A stretch of DNA of 64,000 nt, from the NCBI GenBank assembly GCA_964016885.1, contig OZ024760.1, forward strand, positions 14,508,001-14,572,000. The letters run 5' to 3'. Origin of the DNA: Eledone cirrhosa. Lineage: Eukaryota. Below, in pieces: positions 41,499 to 51,724 of this stretch; the stretch's first letter is position 1, and the number at the start of each line of letters is the position of its first letter. Both the position numbers and the translations under genes were made by a program. The notes beneath the pieces were generated by a model. It saw nothing but the letters and a program-made list of their open reading frames with translations, had not been told where the DNA came from and did no database searches.

Positions 41499-44400
41499 TA
41501 TGTATGTATGTATGCATGTATGTAATGTATTGAGTACCTCTTTTAACTGTGGTTACCCATTGACACATCTCAGGTATCTACATATCATATAAAATGTGTT
41601 GGTACCACAAGATCCAGTCCAAACTAACGAGGTCGTGTAGGTGTCACGACAAAAAAAAAAACACAGTCCACGCTGTAATGTGGTCGTGTAGGTAACACGG
41701 TAAAAAGCTCCCAGTCCACATGTAAATGTGGTTGGTGTTAGGAAGGGCATCCAGCTGTAGAAAACCTGCCAGATAGTCAGATACGAGCGAGACACGGTCA
41801 CCCGACCAATTTTGCCTCAAATGGGACAATTCCCGCCTAACCCATGCTAGCTTGGAAGATAGACGTTTAACGATGATGATGATGAATGTATATGTATGTA
41901 TGTATGCATATATATGATTGAATGTATATATATGTATGAATGTATATATGTATGCATGCATGTATGTATATGTATGAATGTATGTATATGTATGAATGTA
42001 TATATGTATGCATGTATGTATATGTATGAATCTATGTATATGTATGAATTATGTATATGTATGAATGTATATATGTATGTATGCATGTATGTATATGTAT
42101 GCATGTATGTATATGTATGAATGGATATATGTTTGTATGCATGTATGCCTGTATGTATATGTATGAATGTAAGTATATGTATGAATGTATATATGTATGT
42201 ATGCATGTATGTATATGTATGAATGTATATATATGAATGTATATATGTATGTATGTGGATATGTGTGGGAATTAGTCTACTCACATCATCGTTATAGACA
42301 AATCTCCAGGTCATCTTCGCAACTCCAGCCCCCATTATGTAACCAGCTTCATTTCTATGAATATTAGAAAGGAACATTTCTATATCTCTGAAATGTAAAA
42401 GAACAGTTGTTAGCCCTTTTCCTACATCATCAATGAGTTCCCTTAACTGGGGCAGCTGGTTATTGGGGCAGCAGCCAGTTGTTGGGGTGCATATCTGGTT
42501 GTTGGTGCAGCAGCCAGTTGTTGGGGTGCATAGCTGGTTGTTGGTGCAGCAGCCAGCTTTTGGTGCATAGCTGGTTGTTGGGTCACCAGCCAGTTGTTGG
42601 GGTGCATAGCTGGTTGTTGGTGCAGCAGCCAGCTTTTGGGGTGCATAGCTGGTTGTTGGTGCAGCAGCCAGCTTTTGGTGCATAGCTGGTTGTTGGGATG
42701 CATAGCTGGTTGTTGGTGCAGCAGCCAGTTGTTGGGGTGCATAGCTGGTTGTTGGTGCAGCAGCCAGTTGTTGGGGTGCATAGCTGGTTTTTGGTGCACC
42801 AGCCAGCTTTTTGTGCATAGCTGGTTGTTGGGTCAGCAGCCAGCTTTTGATGCATAGCTGGTTGTTGGGGTGCAACCAACTGTTGGTGCATAGCTGACCA
42901 TTGTGGTGCAGTTTCATGGTCAACAATTGCCTCTGGTTTCTATTCTCTGAAATAGTATTGTCACCTGTCCACTCTTGTTGTCAGTCCAGTCTACCTCATC
43001 TCCACCCACCCTCAACTCAGCTTTAAACAGTACAGGGTGGTCCGATAGTCTTGTCAACCCTACATATTCTTTTAACTTTCATTATTTTTTGTTTTAATGG
43101 CGGTGGATGGGCAGTATCGTTAGAGCGTCAGACACCATGCTTTACAGCATAGAGTTACGACCCTTTATGATCTGAGATCAAAACCCGCCAAGGTTAACTT
43201 TGCCTTTCATCCTTACAGGGTCGATAAAATAAAGTAGCAGTAATGTACTGGGGTCGATTTAATCGACTTTCCCCTCCCCAAAATTACTGGCCTTGTGCCT
43301 ATTATTTTCTTTTAATAATATAATATATATCATTAAATATAATATATAATAATAATAGTATAATTTTCTTTTTGGTAGCGGGTGACAAGACCTTTAGACC
43401 ACCCTGTAGTTTTGGACAGGGAGTCATGGTGAGATACGTGACAATACCAGGCAACATTCTCTCTTATTACCATACAAAATCACTAATAATATAATTGTTT
43501 CTACTTTTGGCACAAGGCCAGCAATTATCCCAGTTACTTACTGGTACTTTATCGATCCCGTAAGGATGAAAGGCAAAGTTAACCTCGGCAGGATTTGAAC
43601 TCCATAAAGGGCCGTAACCCTATGCTGCAAATCATGGCGTCCGACCCTCTACCGATACTGCCAATCCACCACCACTAATAATATAATAATGCTTTTTCAC
43701 AAAATCTTTCCAAATTCTATATTACTTTCAAATTTAACCCTTCAGCATTTAAACTGGCCATATCCGGCCAAAATTCCATCACCTCTTTCTTTTCAAACTG
43801 GTTGTAACCAGTCACTCATACTGATGTTAAGGTATTGTTCTCAAAATAAATAATATCAAAATCTCATAGCATGAGTATGAGTGACCAGTTGCGGCCGGTT
43901 TGAACAGAAAGAGGTGAGGCAATTCAGGCCAGATACGGCCGGTTTAAATGCTAAAGGGTTAAGTTATGTTTCAAACACCAGCTTAATAATGAGTAAGATA
44001 TAATATTAAGAACATCGAAATTCTTGAATATATTCACCATTATTTGTAAATCATAGATAGTGTCATTCATTAAAAATATGAAGAAGAAGAACTTAATTGA
44101 TACTACAGGTTCACAATCTTTTATCCAAAATTCCCAAAACTGAAAAGCTCTGAAAACCAAACATTTTTTCCAGGACGTTGTCTGCACAACAAAGCTTGCA
44201 TTTGACACCAAACTTGACCTGAAACAGCCCACAGTCAACCCAGGTGATACAGTTATGTCTCAGTGCTCCTACAAGTCACACACACGTCACTTCTGCTGCA
44301 CATGGAAATTTTGTTTATTTTTTGCTGAATTTTTTACTTTGAAGACTTAAAAAACTTTAAAATCTATGCTAAAAATCTTCCATTCAGAAATCCGAAAAGT

Positions 44401-46018
44401 GTCTCATCCCAAGGTTTTTGGATAAGAGATTATGAACATGTACTGAACTAACAAATGCCAAAGGTACATGCCTTGTCTACATATATACCACCACTTTACC
44501 GAGTGTGCTTATTGCATTTTATTGTGGCACCCACACTAGAGAAGTTATCATGCTCTTGAGACAGCTGAAAGGTCTTCTCAACTCTTTGTTTGGCATAGTT
44601 TCTTCACCTGGATGCCCTTTCTAGTACTAACCGCTTTACTAAGTGTACTGGAAAAAAGTGAAATAGGAGACTTTTCCACTCACCTGTGAAATTTAGTGTA
44701 GTTATCCACATCTTGTAATATCTGGTCATGTGTTAAGTTCTTGATCTTTCTTTCGTCGTATTCCCACAATTTAAGCAATGAGTCAAGTCGGCAAATATTC
44801 CTATTAAAATGGGAATAATGTATGTACACATACATACATCTGCTCACACATATTAACTGTTTTGATATCAACATGACCAAAACTAACTCTAGTTCTATGA
44901 AAAAAAACACCCATTAATATGGGTTCCGAATTTAAATTAAAAGGGTTCATATTTGAATTTAGATAACCCAGCATAATATTTTATAAGAACCATATGTTAA
45001 CCCTTTAACATTTACATTATATATATATATTATTGTATTTTCATGGTAAAGGCTTTATCTCACATAGTATCGAATCTATGAGATTTTGATATTATTTATT
45101 TTGAGAAAAATACCTTAACATCTGTTTGAGTGGCTGGTTATGGCCAGTTTGAACAGAAAGAGGTGAGAGAATTCTGGCTGGATATGGCTGGTTTAAATGC
45201 TAAAGGGTTAAGTTACTATCTTAGTAATGAAATAATTAATAACTTTTGTAAATCCCTCAAAATTCTTCACTAATTAATTGAAATACAGCATATTTCATTG
45301 GAAATATGCTGTATTATATGGATGTATATTTTCTTATTACTTTATTAGTTTCAGTCATTAGGTTATGGTCATCCTGGAGCACTACCATTATTGGTTTCAG
45401 TCTTTAGACTTTAGTCATGTTGAACTACTGCTTTGAGATTTCAGTTCATCATTTCAATCACAGTGCATTTTTTGAAAAGAATGATACTTATTTTATCGAT
45501 CTTGTTTTCTGATCTGCTAGGTCACAACAGCAACAACAATCACTACTACACCAATAACAGCCCCAACAAAAACAAACATTACTACTACACAAATAATCAT
45601 AACAACAACAATAATAACCACAACCACAATCATAACAACACACAACCACAATGACCATCACTACCAAAACAACAATAACAACAACTGCAAGAATGACACC
45701 AACAACAACTTACCATTTACAGTAAGTCTTTATATTCATCCTCGTAACATTTATAGAAAGGACTATTTCATGGAGTTCATACATCTGAAAGGGGGAGAGT
45801 GAGAGTGTGTATATGTAAGAGTGGGAGAGAGAATATATATATACATTATAAAGAAAGAAGAAACATTAGATATAATTAATAAGATATACCGTACCCAAAT
45901 TCCTTCATTACTCCTCGACTACGTAGTTTCGTGGCATATTATGCAAAAACACTACATCACAGAGATACAGTATTTTTGTGAGGTTTGTCGACATGTGTTC
46001 GCATGTATCTGTGTATTT

Positions 46019-46065
<47 letters not shown>

Positions 46066-47006
46066 AAGTTATATTTAAAATTGTTGGGTTACAACTAGTA
46101 AATATTTATAACTGATATAAAAGCACTCGACAAATATTTGGAGTATATTTACATAAAAATGGTTTTATAAATATAGTTTTATAAATATAGTTTAATAAAT
46201 GGCCGGCTTTGCCAAATTCAAATAAAAATTTTCACTCTACAGGAGAAGGTCAATAGTTCTCTTCTATATGTTAAGTATTCCCATAGAAAAAGTACAGGAA
46301 AAAATAGTGCTCTATATATAGTACAGAGCTATTAATTATGTAATAAACAGCACAATATAATTATTCCATTACCCAAAGATTCACCAAGTTAGACGATTCT
46401 AACAGAAACATCTGGTTCGTCTAACTTTGTGAAACCTTGGGTAATGGAATAATGATATTGTGTTGTTTATTACATAATTATATATACCTATATATATCAG
46501 CAGGCCACATCATCTATTTTTACCTTGAGCAGCCCTTCAGGTGTTAATATTTCATCATCTACACAAATGGCGATCACTTTATCTGTCACGAGTCTATCTT
46601 TCACAGTTTGTTGTTTTTCCATCCATAACTTTCCCCATCTGTATTGTTGGTCATATATTTTCTCTGACAATGGGATCCATTCCTTCTGTTTGTCACTCTC
46701 CACTCGAAGCAACATGCCGATGGATAACAGCGAAATCAAAAATCCACTAATTATAAACACATGTGGATGTTTGCCAGCAAAACAACCGAGTCTAAAATAA
46801 ATTGAAAAATAGAATAAAAACAAAATAATCATCATTGTTTTTTTTTTTATTTATGTCTGCTACATATATATATAAGGAAGTGTGGTAAGGAACCAGGTGG
46901 ACCATAAAGTACCAGAGTATTCGATATTAGGGTAGTAGAGTGGGTAATAGTTCAGATCTAGCTGTCGAAATGGCCGGAGCTCAGCTGTCGGGGTCCTGAA
47001 TCTTTT

Positions 47007-47057
<51 letters not shown>

Positions 47058-49030
47058 GATATATATATATAGTAATAATAATAAATGTGAAGACTAAAAT
47101 CCCAAAAGGGCTCGATATGTGTTCACATGTACAGATGCAAATAATTTGCACCGCTAATACCTATATACCTGAGGATCCTGTGAGTATACTGGTTAAACGC
47201 CAGAGTAACAAGATTCATCACTTAGCCATAATAAAATATATGGGTAACCGTGTCTCACTCATATAAGAGAGTTTCTGGCTGGTTTTCTATGGCTGGATGC
47301 CCTTCCTAACACATTGACAGTGTGTGCTTTTTGCCGTGTCTTTTACACGTCCACTTACAGTGTGGGCTGGGTATTTTAGAGTTGGTTTTCTACAGCTGGA
47401 TGCTCTTCCTAATGCCAACCACATTTACAGTGTGTGCTGGGTGCTTTTTGCCATGTCTTTTACACGCCCACAATGCTGGCTGAGTGCTTTTGTCTTGGGA
47501 CTAGGGAGGGTGGAGGAGCTTAGGGAAAAATGTGGACAGAGTAGTAGGGGAGGTGTGGTTACCGCTAAGGGAGGTGAATGAGAGGGGATAGAAATTTGAG
47601 GAATGTGTTGCCTACTTTACAGTGTGTGCTGTGTGCTTTTTGTCATGTCTCCTACACAACCACTTTACAGCGTGTGCTGGGTGCTTTTTGTCATGTCTCC
47701 TACACGACAACTTTACAGTGTGTGCTGGGTGCTTTTTGTCATGTCACCTATACGACCACTTTACAGTGTGTGCTGGGTGTGTTTTGTCATGTCTCCTACA
47801 CGACCACTTTACAGTGTGTGCTGGGTGTTTTTTGTCATGTCTCCTACACGACCACTTTATAGTGTGTGCTGGGTGTTTTTTGTCATGTCTCCTACACGAC
47901 CACTTTACAGTGTGTGCTGGGTGTTTTTTGTCATGTCTCCTACACGACCACTTTACAGTGTGTGATGGGTGTTTTTTGTCATGTCTCCTACACGACAACT
48001 TTACAGTGTGCGCTGGGTGCTTTTTGTCATGTCTCCTATACGACCACTTTACAGTGTGCGCTGGGTGCTTTTTGTCATGTCTCCTATACGACCACTTTAC
48101 AGTGTGCGCTGGGTGCTTTTTGTCATGTCTCCTATGCGACCACTTTACAGTGTGTGCTGGGTGTTTTTTGTCATGTCTCCTATACGACCACTTTACAGTG
48201 TGTGCTGGGTGTTTTTTGTCATGTCTCCTATACGACCACTTTACAGTGTGCGCTGGGTGCTTTTTGTCATGTCTCCTATACGACCACTTTACAGTATGTG
48301 CTGGGTGCTTTTTGTCATGTCTCCTATACGACCACTTTACAGTGTGTGCTGGGTGTTTTTTGTCATGTCTCCTACACGACAACTTTACAGTGTGTGCTCT
48401 GTGCTTTTTGTCATGTCTCCTATACGACCACTTTACAGTGTGTGCTGGGTGTTTTTTGTCATGTCTCCTATACGACCACTTTACAGTGTGCACTGGGTGC
48501 TTTTTGTCATGTCTCCTATACGACCACTTTACAGTGTGTGCTGGGTGTTTTTTGTCATGTCTCCTATACGACCACTTTACAGTGTGTGCTGGGTGTTTTT
48601 TGTCATGTCTCCTATACAACCACTTTACAGTGTGGGTTGGATAGTAATGTAAATGGTAAAGGGTTAAAGAAGAACCCAGCAAAAATAATTAGTGTACTCA
48701 CCTGTAGAAAGTCCCTTCTATACCATCTAGCATGCGTAGCCGCATTTTGGTGAGGAACGCATGACATTTGACTGCACAGTTGCAACAGTAACTAAATTTG
48801 GTAGTTTCACCACCACCACCACCACCATCACCTTCGTCTTTGTGGGGCGCACTGCTAATGGGCTCCTTATAATTATCAGTAACAGTGATATTATTGTTAG
48901 TATTATTAGTATTACCACTGATGGTGCATATATCATAGTTGCCATTCTCTGAATATTGACCCGCAACATAATTTTTCTCAGAGTTCTTCATTGGTGAACA
49001 GCAGGTGTCTTGGTTAACAACAGGTTCCAT
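15001..49030 (-). CDS. Complete patched domain-containing (PTCHD3/Ptr-like, NPC1/Patched superfamily) sterol-sensing RND protein gene, 19 coding exons, 1086 aa (copy A)
   Basis: Manual splice model complement(join 15001-15165,16644-16835,19308-19429,20622-20766,21972-22097,23189-23341,26029-26441,29225-29356,31077-31251,31413-31661,33414-33586,34346-34469,35520-35640,38734-38816,42285-42387,44684-44800,45714-45784,46524-46791,48702-49030). All junctions are GT-AG with matching phases; total 3261 nt. Motifs: [12 protein letters not shown] (before TM1), [13 protein letters not shown] (SSD TM4), [30 protein letters not shown] (TM10), [25 protein letters not shown]. Confidence 0.92.
16644..16835 (-). 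CDS. Copy A exon 18 ([22 protein letters not shown]...LDLDNE; TM12)
   Basis: ccttag acceptor, GAG|GTAATC donor. Confidence 0.92.
17010..18370 (+). mobile_element. 5'-truncated RTE-clade LINE with PHD-like Cys finger, in intron 17 of copy A only
   Basis: [66 protein letters not shown]. Confidence 0.93.
19308..19429 (-). CDS. Copy A exon 17 ([21 protein letters not shown]...AFFK; TM11)
   Basis: ttccag acceptor, AAG|GTAATA donor. Confidence 0.94.
20622..20766 (-). CDS. Copy A exon 16 ([11 protein letters not shown]...[12 protein letters not shown]...KSN; TM10)
   Basis: GxxVDYxxH motif; ttcag acceptor, G|GTCAGT donor. Confidence 0.94.
21972..22097 (-). CDS. Copy A exon 15 ([17 protein letters not shown]...SVIFTL; TM8-9)
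   Basis: ttccag acceptor, TTG|GTAAGT donor. Confidence 0.92.
23189..23341 (-). CDS. Copy A exon 14 ([10 protein letters not shown]...YLQWRINE)
   Basis: atgcag acceptor, GAG|GTGAGA donor. Confidence 0.88.
24600..25140 (-). mobile_element. CRE-like LINE 3' remnant with restriction-like endonuclease
   Basis: [23 protein letters not shown], then [13 protein letters not shown]; a second tail ([19 protein letters not shown]) lies on + at ~28100-28260. Confidence 0.7.
26029..26441 (-). CDS. Copy A exon 13 ([20 protein letters not shown]... Cys-rich insert ...RRISFP)
   Basis: tatcag acceptor, CCA|GTGAGT donor; 413-nt open exon, phases 1/0 fit neighbours. Confidence 0.85.
26562..26890. mobile_element. 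pogo/Tigger-type MITE in (TA)n
   Basis: cagttgtcccccagtagtcgcagg ... ccgcgaatgccggaggtacagtg degenerate TIRs. Confidence 0.6.
28670..28950 (-). mobile_element. CR1/L2-like RT remnant
   Basis: Minus strand reads [28 protein letters not shown]. Confidence 0.55.
28960..29212 (-). mobile_element. Non-autonomous Helitron-like element
   Basis: 5' TC, subterminal GC hairpin (cccgtcgttgccggg), 3' CTAG, A|T insertion site. Confidence 0.65.
29225..29356 (-). CDS. Copy A exon 12 (KDIRYVEH...[14 protein letters not shown])
   Basis: WLxxFxxW luminal-domain-2 motif; ttccag acceptor, G|GTAAGT donor. Confidence 0.92.
29475..29515 (+). ncRNA. Penelope-type minimal hammerhead ribozyme motif
   Basis: CTGATGA-a-GGAC-taaa-GTCC-GAAAC-GTT; intact core, weak helix I. 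Confidence 0.5.
31077..31251 (-). CDS. Copy A exon 11 ([18 protein letters not shown]...EVGVYC; TM7)
   Basis: ttgttag acceptor, A|GTAAGT donor. Confidence 0.9.
31413..31661 (-). CDS. Copy A exon 10 ([11 protein letters not shown]...[15 protein letters not shown]...KPVK)
   Basis: Typical SSD end (P-x-LRxFC; D-x-RR-x-x-x-x-RDG); ctag acceptor, AAG|GTTAGT donor. Confidence 0.93.
31890..32330. repeat. Tandem amplification of the left part of the piggyBac-like MITE
   Basis: acattactctacatttactattgtattttcacagtaaaggctttatctcacataa occurs 4 times before a MITE right end. Confidence 0.75.
32890..33330. repeat. ~154-bp tandem repeat, ~3 copies; a related monomer at ~53370-53530
   Basis: aaatgtttatagtatctttac...ggacagattg recurs at ~32892, 33047 and 33200. 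Confidence 0.75.
33414..33586 (-). CDS. Copy A exon 9 ([10 protein letters not shown]...AFAIGATS; SSD core)
   Basis: GxGxDD RND/SSD motif; tttag acceptor, TCA|GTAAGT donor. Confidence 0.95.
34346..34469 (-). CDS. Copy A exon 8 ([15 protein letters not shown]...VLALLLL; SSD TM3-TM4)
   Basis: ttccag acceptor, G|GTAAGT donor. Confidence 0.92.
34560..35495 (+). repeat. Degenerate TTAGGG-like simple repeat tract
   Basis: gttagggttag / ggttaaggtt variants filling most of intron 7. Confidence 0.7.
34941..35244. mobile_element. hAT-type MITE
   Basis: TIR CAGGCATGGGCAACC / GGTTGCCCATGACTG; perfect 8-bp TSD gtttagat. Confidence 0.88.
35520..35640 (-). CDS. Copy A exon 7 ([21 protein letters not shown]...LLDQK; TM2)
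   Basis: ttgcag acceptor, AAA|GTATGC donor. Confidence 0.9.
37055..37432 (+). mobile_element. Non-autonomous Helitron-like element
   Basis: 5' TC...caacgccgggttattcagCTAG-T; internal G-rich tandem units. Confidence 0.6.
37704..37786 (+). ncRNA. Degenerate type I hammerhead (Penelope-like pLTR relic)
   Basis: gtctc-CTGATGA-atccg...cggat-GcAA-ccatggTA-gagat: helices I and II and palindromic helix III present, GAAA mutated to GCAA. Confidence 0.5.
38734..38816 (-). CDS. Copy A exon 6 ([12 protein letters not shown]...ELYTYTY)
   Basis: ctctcag acceptor, TA|GTAAGT donor, phases 0/2; W-x-x-x-F motif at the end of luminal domain 1. Confidence 0.85.
38858..39250 (+). mobile_element. R4/Dong-like LINE 3' fragment inserted in (TAA)n
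   Basis: PDLVVLDK...[11 protein letters not shown]...EKINRYQDL...[10 protein letters not shown] (RLE domain); (TAA)n on both flanks. Confidence 0.8.
39280..39700 (-). mobile_element. Two tandem copies of an abundant tRNA-SINE family (ggcggtggattggcag...ttgcctttcatcc...gtcgataaaataaagtaccag)
   Basis: More than 10 copies in the window (e.g. ~12415, 22800, 24265, 25850, 33845, 43099, 43495, 51945, 52255, 63105); B box gttcaaatcc. Confidence 0.8.
42285..42387 (-). CDS. Copy A exon 5 ([16 protein letters not shown]...FVYNDD)
   Basis: tttcag acceptor, GAT|GTGAGT donor, phases 2/0. Confidence 0.85.
42450..42900. repeat. ~39-bp minisatellite
   Basis: Unit gcagcagccagttgttggggtgcatagctggttgttggt; 13-aa periodicity [13 protein letters not shown]. 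Confidence 0.9.
43033..43406. mobile_element. Tc1/mariner-type MITE carrying a tRNA-SINE (~43099-43285)
   Basis: TA-CAGGGTGGTC...GACCACCCTG-TA. Confidence 0.8.
44106..44440. mobile_element. pogo/Tigger-type MITE
   Basis: TA-CAGGTTCACAATCTTTTATCC...GGATAAGAGATTATGAACATG-TA. Confidence 0.72.
44684..44800 (-). CDS. Copy A exon 4 ([17 protein letters not shown]...KFH)
   Basis: aatag acceptor, AG|GTGAGT donor, phases 2/2. Confidence 0.85.
45714..45784 (-). CDS. Copy A exon 3 ([23 protein letters not shown])
   Basis: tttcag acceptor, TG|GTAAGT donor, phases 0/2 fit neighbours. Confidence 0.85.
46524..46791 (-). CDS. Copy A exon 2 ([13 protein letters not shown]...[10 protein letters not shown]; TM1)
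   Basis: ttttag acceptor, AAG|GTAAAA donor; Patched-family pre-TM1/TM1 pattern. Confidence 0.9.
47612..48635. repeat. 48-bp minisatellite, ~21 copies, amplified from a SINE-internal unit
   Basis: Unit cactttacagtgtgtgctgggtgttttttgtcatgtctcctatacgac; 16-aa periodicity in the ORF track. Confidence 0.95.
48702..49030 (-). CDS. Copy A exon 1 (MEPVVNQ...IEGTFY; cytoplasmic N-terminus)
   Basis: ATG at 49030; donor TACAG|GTGAGT; phase 2 matches exon 2. Confidence 0.8.
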
Positions 49031-49286
49031 TGAAACCAGTTGCCAATAATGTTAAAAGAGAGTTAAGCTATAGTTTATTTAAACTAGTCAGGCAAACAAA
49101 TGTAATAAATATATAATACATAACTGGGCAGAGGTTTGTTTGCTTGTTTGTCATTGATTTATCATTTTTTTCTTTTTTTTTTCTTTCTTTATATGGTAAA
49201 AAATAAAAAAAAGAAGAAAAAATGTCAAGACAAAAATAATAATGGTTGATTTAAAACATATATATATGTGTGTGTGTGTGTGTGTT

Positions 49287-49364
<78 letters not shown>

Positions 49365-50535
49365 TAAACATTATATACTCTACTATGTATTGAGTACCTT
49401 ACTTACTGTGGTTACCCCCGATTGAACCTGGGATACACATACATATATATAAATAAAATTATATATACTGTAGTAAAAGATTGGTAGAAATATCCAAGGG
49501 TAAGAGCACTCAATCCATAGAACCAGTTTAGTATAAATAATTACAACAGTGACATAAACAGGTACTTAAATTTCATTGGGTTCTGGACCCCAACTCATAT
49601 ATATATATATATATATATATGTATCCGTTTAGCTGTCCAGGTGTGCTTTGGTATATCGTCTGGTCCTTTTAGAATGTCTTGGACTTCAACTTAATAAATT
49701 TTACAGGTGTCATCTAGGTGGTTTCATCATTTGATCAGTGCAACAGTGGATGGGAGTCCTTTAAAGATGGTGATTTTGGTTCTTTTTGAGAAGCAGGGAA
49801 AAGATGCTTGGTTTCTTTGGCATTTATTTGCCTCGAAATAAAAGGAATTTGACTCACTTTTCTTTAAGTTTTCTCAAAGAAACTTTTCTTGTTGTTTTGT
49901 ACTTTTTACTGGACAAACCTAGACGAATAAATGATGATGATGATGATTATGGCAGTGGTGGTGGTGATGGTAATGAATGTGTGTATCGATATATATGTGT
50001 TTAAATGTGTACGTTTCCCTTGCTTTTTTTTATCTAATGCCTGCTGTAGTTGTGTTTTCAAAACCCTCTTTTTACGATGTCAAGAGAAGGACGAGTGATG
50101 TCGGCTGTAAACCAACAATACCTCTCTCTACTTCTCCCTCTCTCTCTCTCTCTCCGGCTCTCTGCCTATCTCACTCTCGCTCTCTCTATATGTCTCTCTC
50201 TCTCTCTCTCTGTCCGTCTCTCTGCCTATCTCACTCTATGTCTCTTTCTCTCTCTCGTTTTGTCTCTCCTTCTCTCTCTGTGTCCGTCTCTTTGCCTATC
50301 TCACTCTCGATCTCTCTCTCACTTTGTCTCTCCTTCACTCTGTTTCTCTCCCTCTCTGTATCGTTGTCTCACCCCCACCCCTCATCCGTCTGCTTCTATC
50401 TCCCCCTCCTCCTGTCTCACTGCCGGCCTTCCTCTTTCCCCTGCCTATCTCCATTCCTCTGTTTTTCTTCGTCTCTTTGTCCTCTGTCATTATCAGTCAT
50501 TCATTCATAATCACACCTTTTATTTTTTACTCCAC

Positions 50536-50640
<105 letters not shown>

Positions 50641-51104
50641 TATTAATTCCCCCACCCCTCTCTTTATATATTTATCCATTCCTCACCTCCCCCTTCTCTC
50701 TCTCTATTGAAATAGTTTACGATTTTTTTTCGATTACTCTTAGCTCGCTGTGTGTATGTGTGTATGTCTGTATGTATGTATGAATGTATGTGTGTATGTA
50801 TGTATGTATCCATGCATGTACGTGTGTGAGTGTGTGTATGTATGTACTCTTATATGTATGTATGAGTGTGTGTATGTATGTATGTATGTAACATGTATCC
50901 CAGTACAACCTGTCTCATGGTCGGGTCGTTGGCGATTAAACTGGCAACCCCACCAAGGTTTCTTGGTGAGGAGGGTGACTTTGGACATCCTGCAGGACTA
51001 AAAACAAAACCTGTCAAAGGGCAAAGGAGCTCTTAAGAGTCGAATCCAAAATCACCGGGAGAGATGACCCCTTAGCCTTTGTCAAGGCAGAATTCTAGGA
51101 GAAG

Positions 51105-51461
51105 GAAAACTCTGATATAACACCTGCAACCCTGATGGTATCCAATGATGTTGACTTGTTCTTCTTTTTGGTAAATATCATCTTGGTTAAGAGAGTGGGA
51201 CTGGCTTTGTGCAGTGCCTTAAAAGCTTCACGGCACAGGCATTGCTTTATATTGTATCTGAAGATCTCTCTGCACTTGTCATCACATGGTACCATGGGCC
51301 CAGCACTATGTGTCAGTAATTGTCACAAGTGTAGTGTTTGTACCAGAGTTTTCAAGTCGCTGGCTGGACTAAAAAGTCACACTTGTTCAGCGCATTGGTA
51401 GGAGTTCTCCTTCATGGATATAAAGTAGTGGCCGTACTCGAAAACGAGTTGGCAGCCACCA
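51105..51461 (+). mobile_element. LINE-tail repeat with C2H2-like finger ([17 protein letters not shown]); near-identical copy at ~59515-59875
   Basis: Two highly similar copies ~8.4 kb apart, each next to microsatellite. Confidence 0.6.
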
Positions 51462-51663
51462 TGTGTGTGTGTATGTATGTATGTGTATGTGTACATATGT
51501 ATGTGTGTGTGTGTGTGTACATATGTATGTATGTGTGTATGTGTGTGTACATATGTATGTATGTGTATATAACAAAGGACTTCTTAACCTTTCACAATTC
51601 CTGCTCCTTCCCATTTTTTCTTTTCATATTTTGTCCGTTTTTTCTTCCTTTTAGTTCTCTCTC

Positions 51664-51724
<61 letters not shown>

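Noticed and set aside
47612-48635. Regular array resembling CRISPR or a repeat-protein gene
   Set aside because: No unique spacers, eukaryotic intron, unit derived from a SINE; ORFs are open only because the unit is 48 nt and stop-free.
15001-49030. Calling the gene NPC1 or PTCH1
   Set aside because: It lacks the NPC1 signal peptide and N-terminal sterol-binding domain and I see no Patched-specific features. It fits the PTCHD3/Ptr-like group, but orthology needs a phylogeny.
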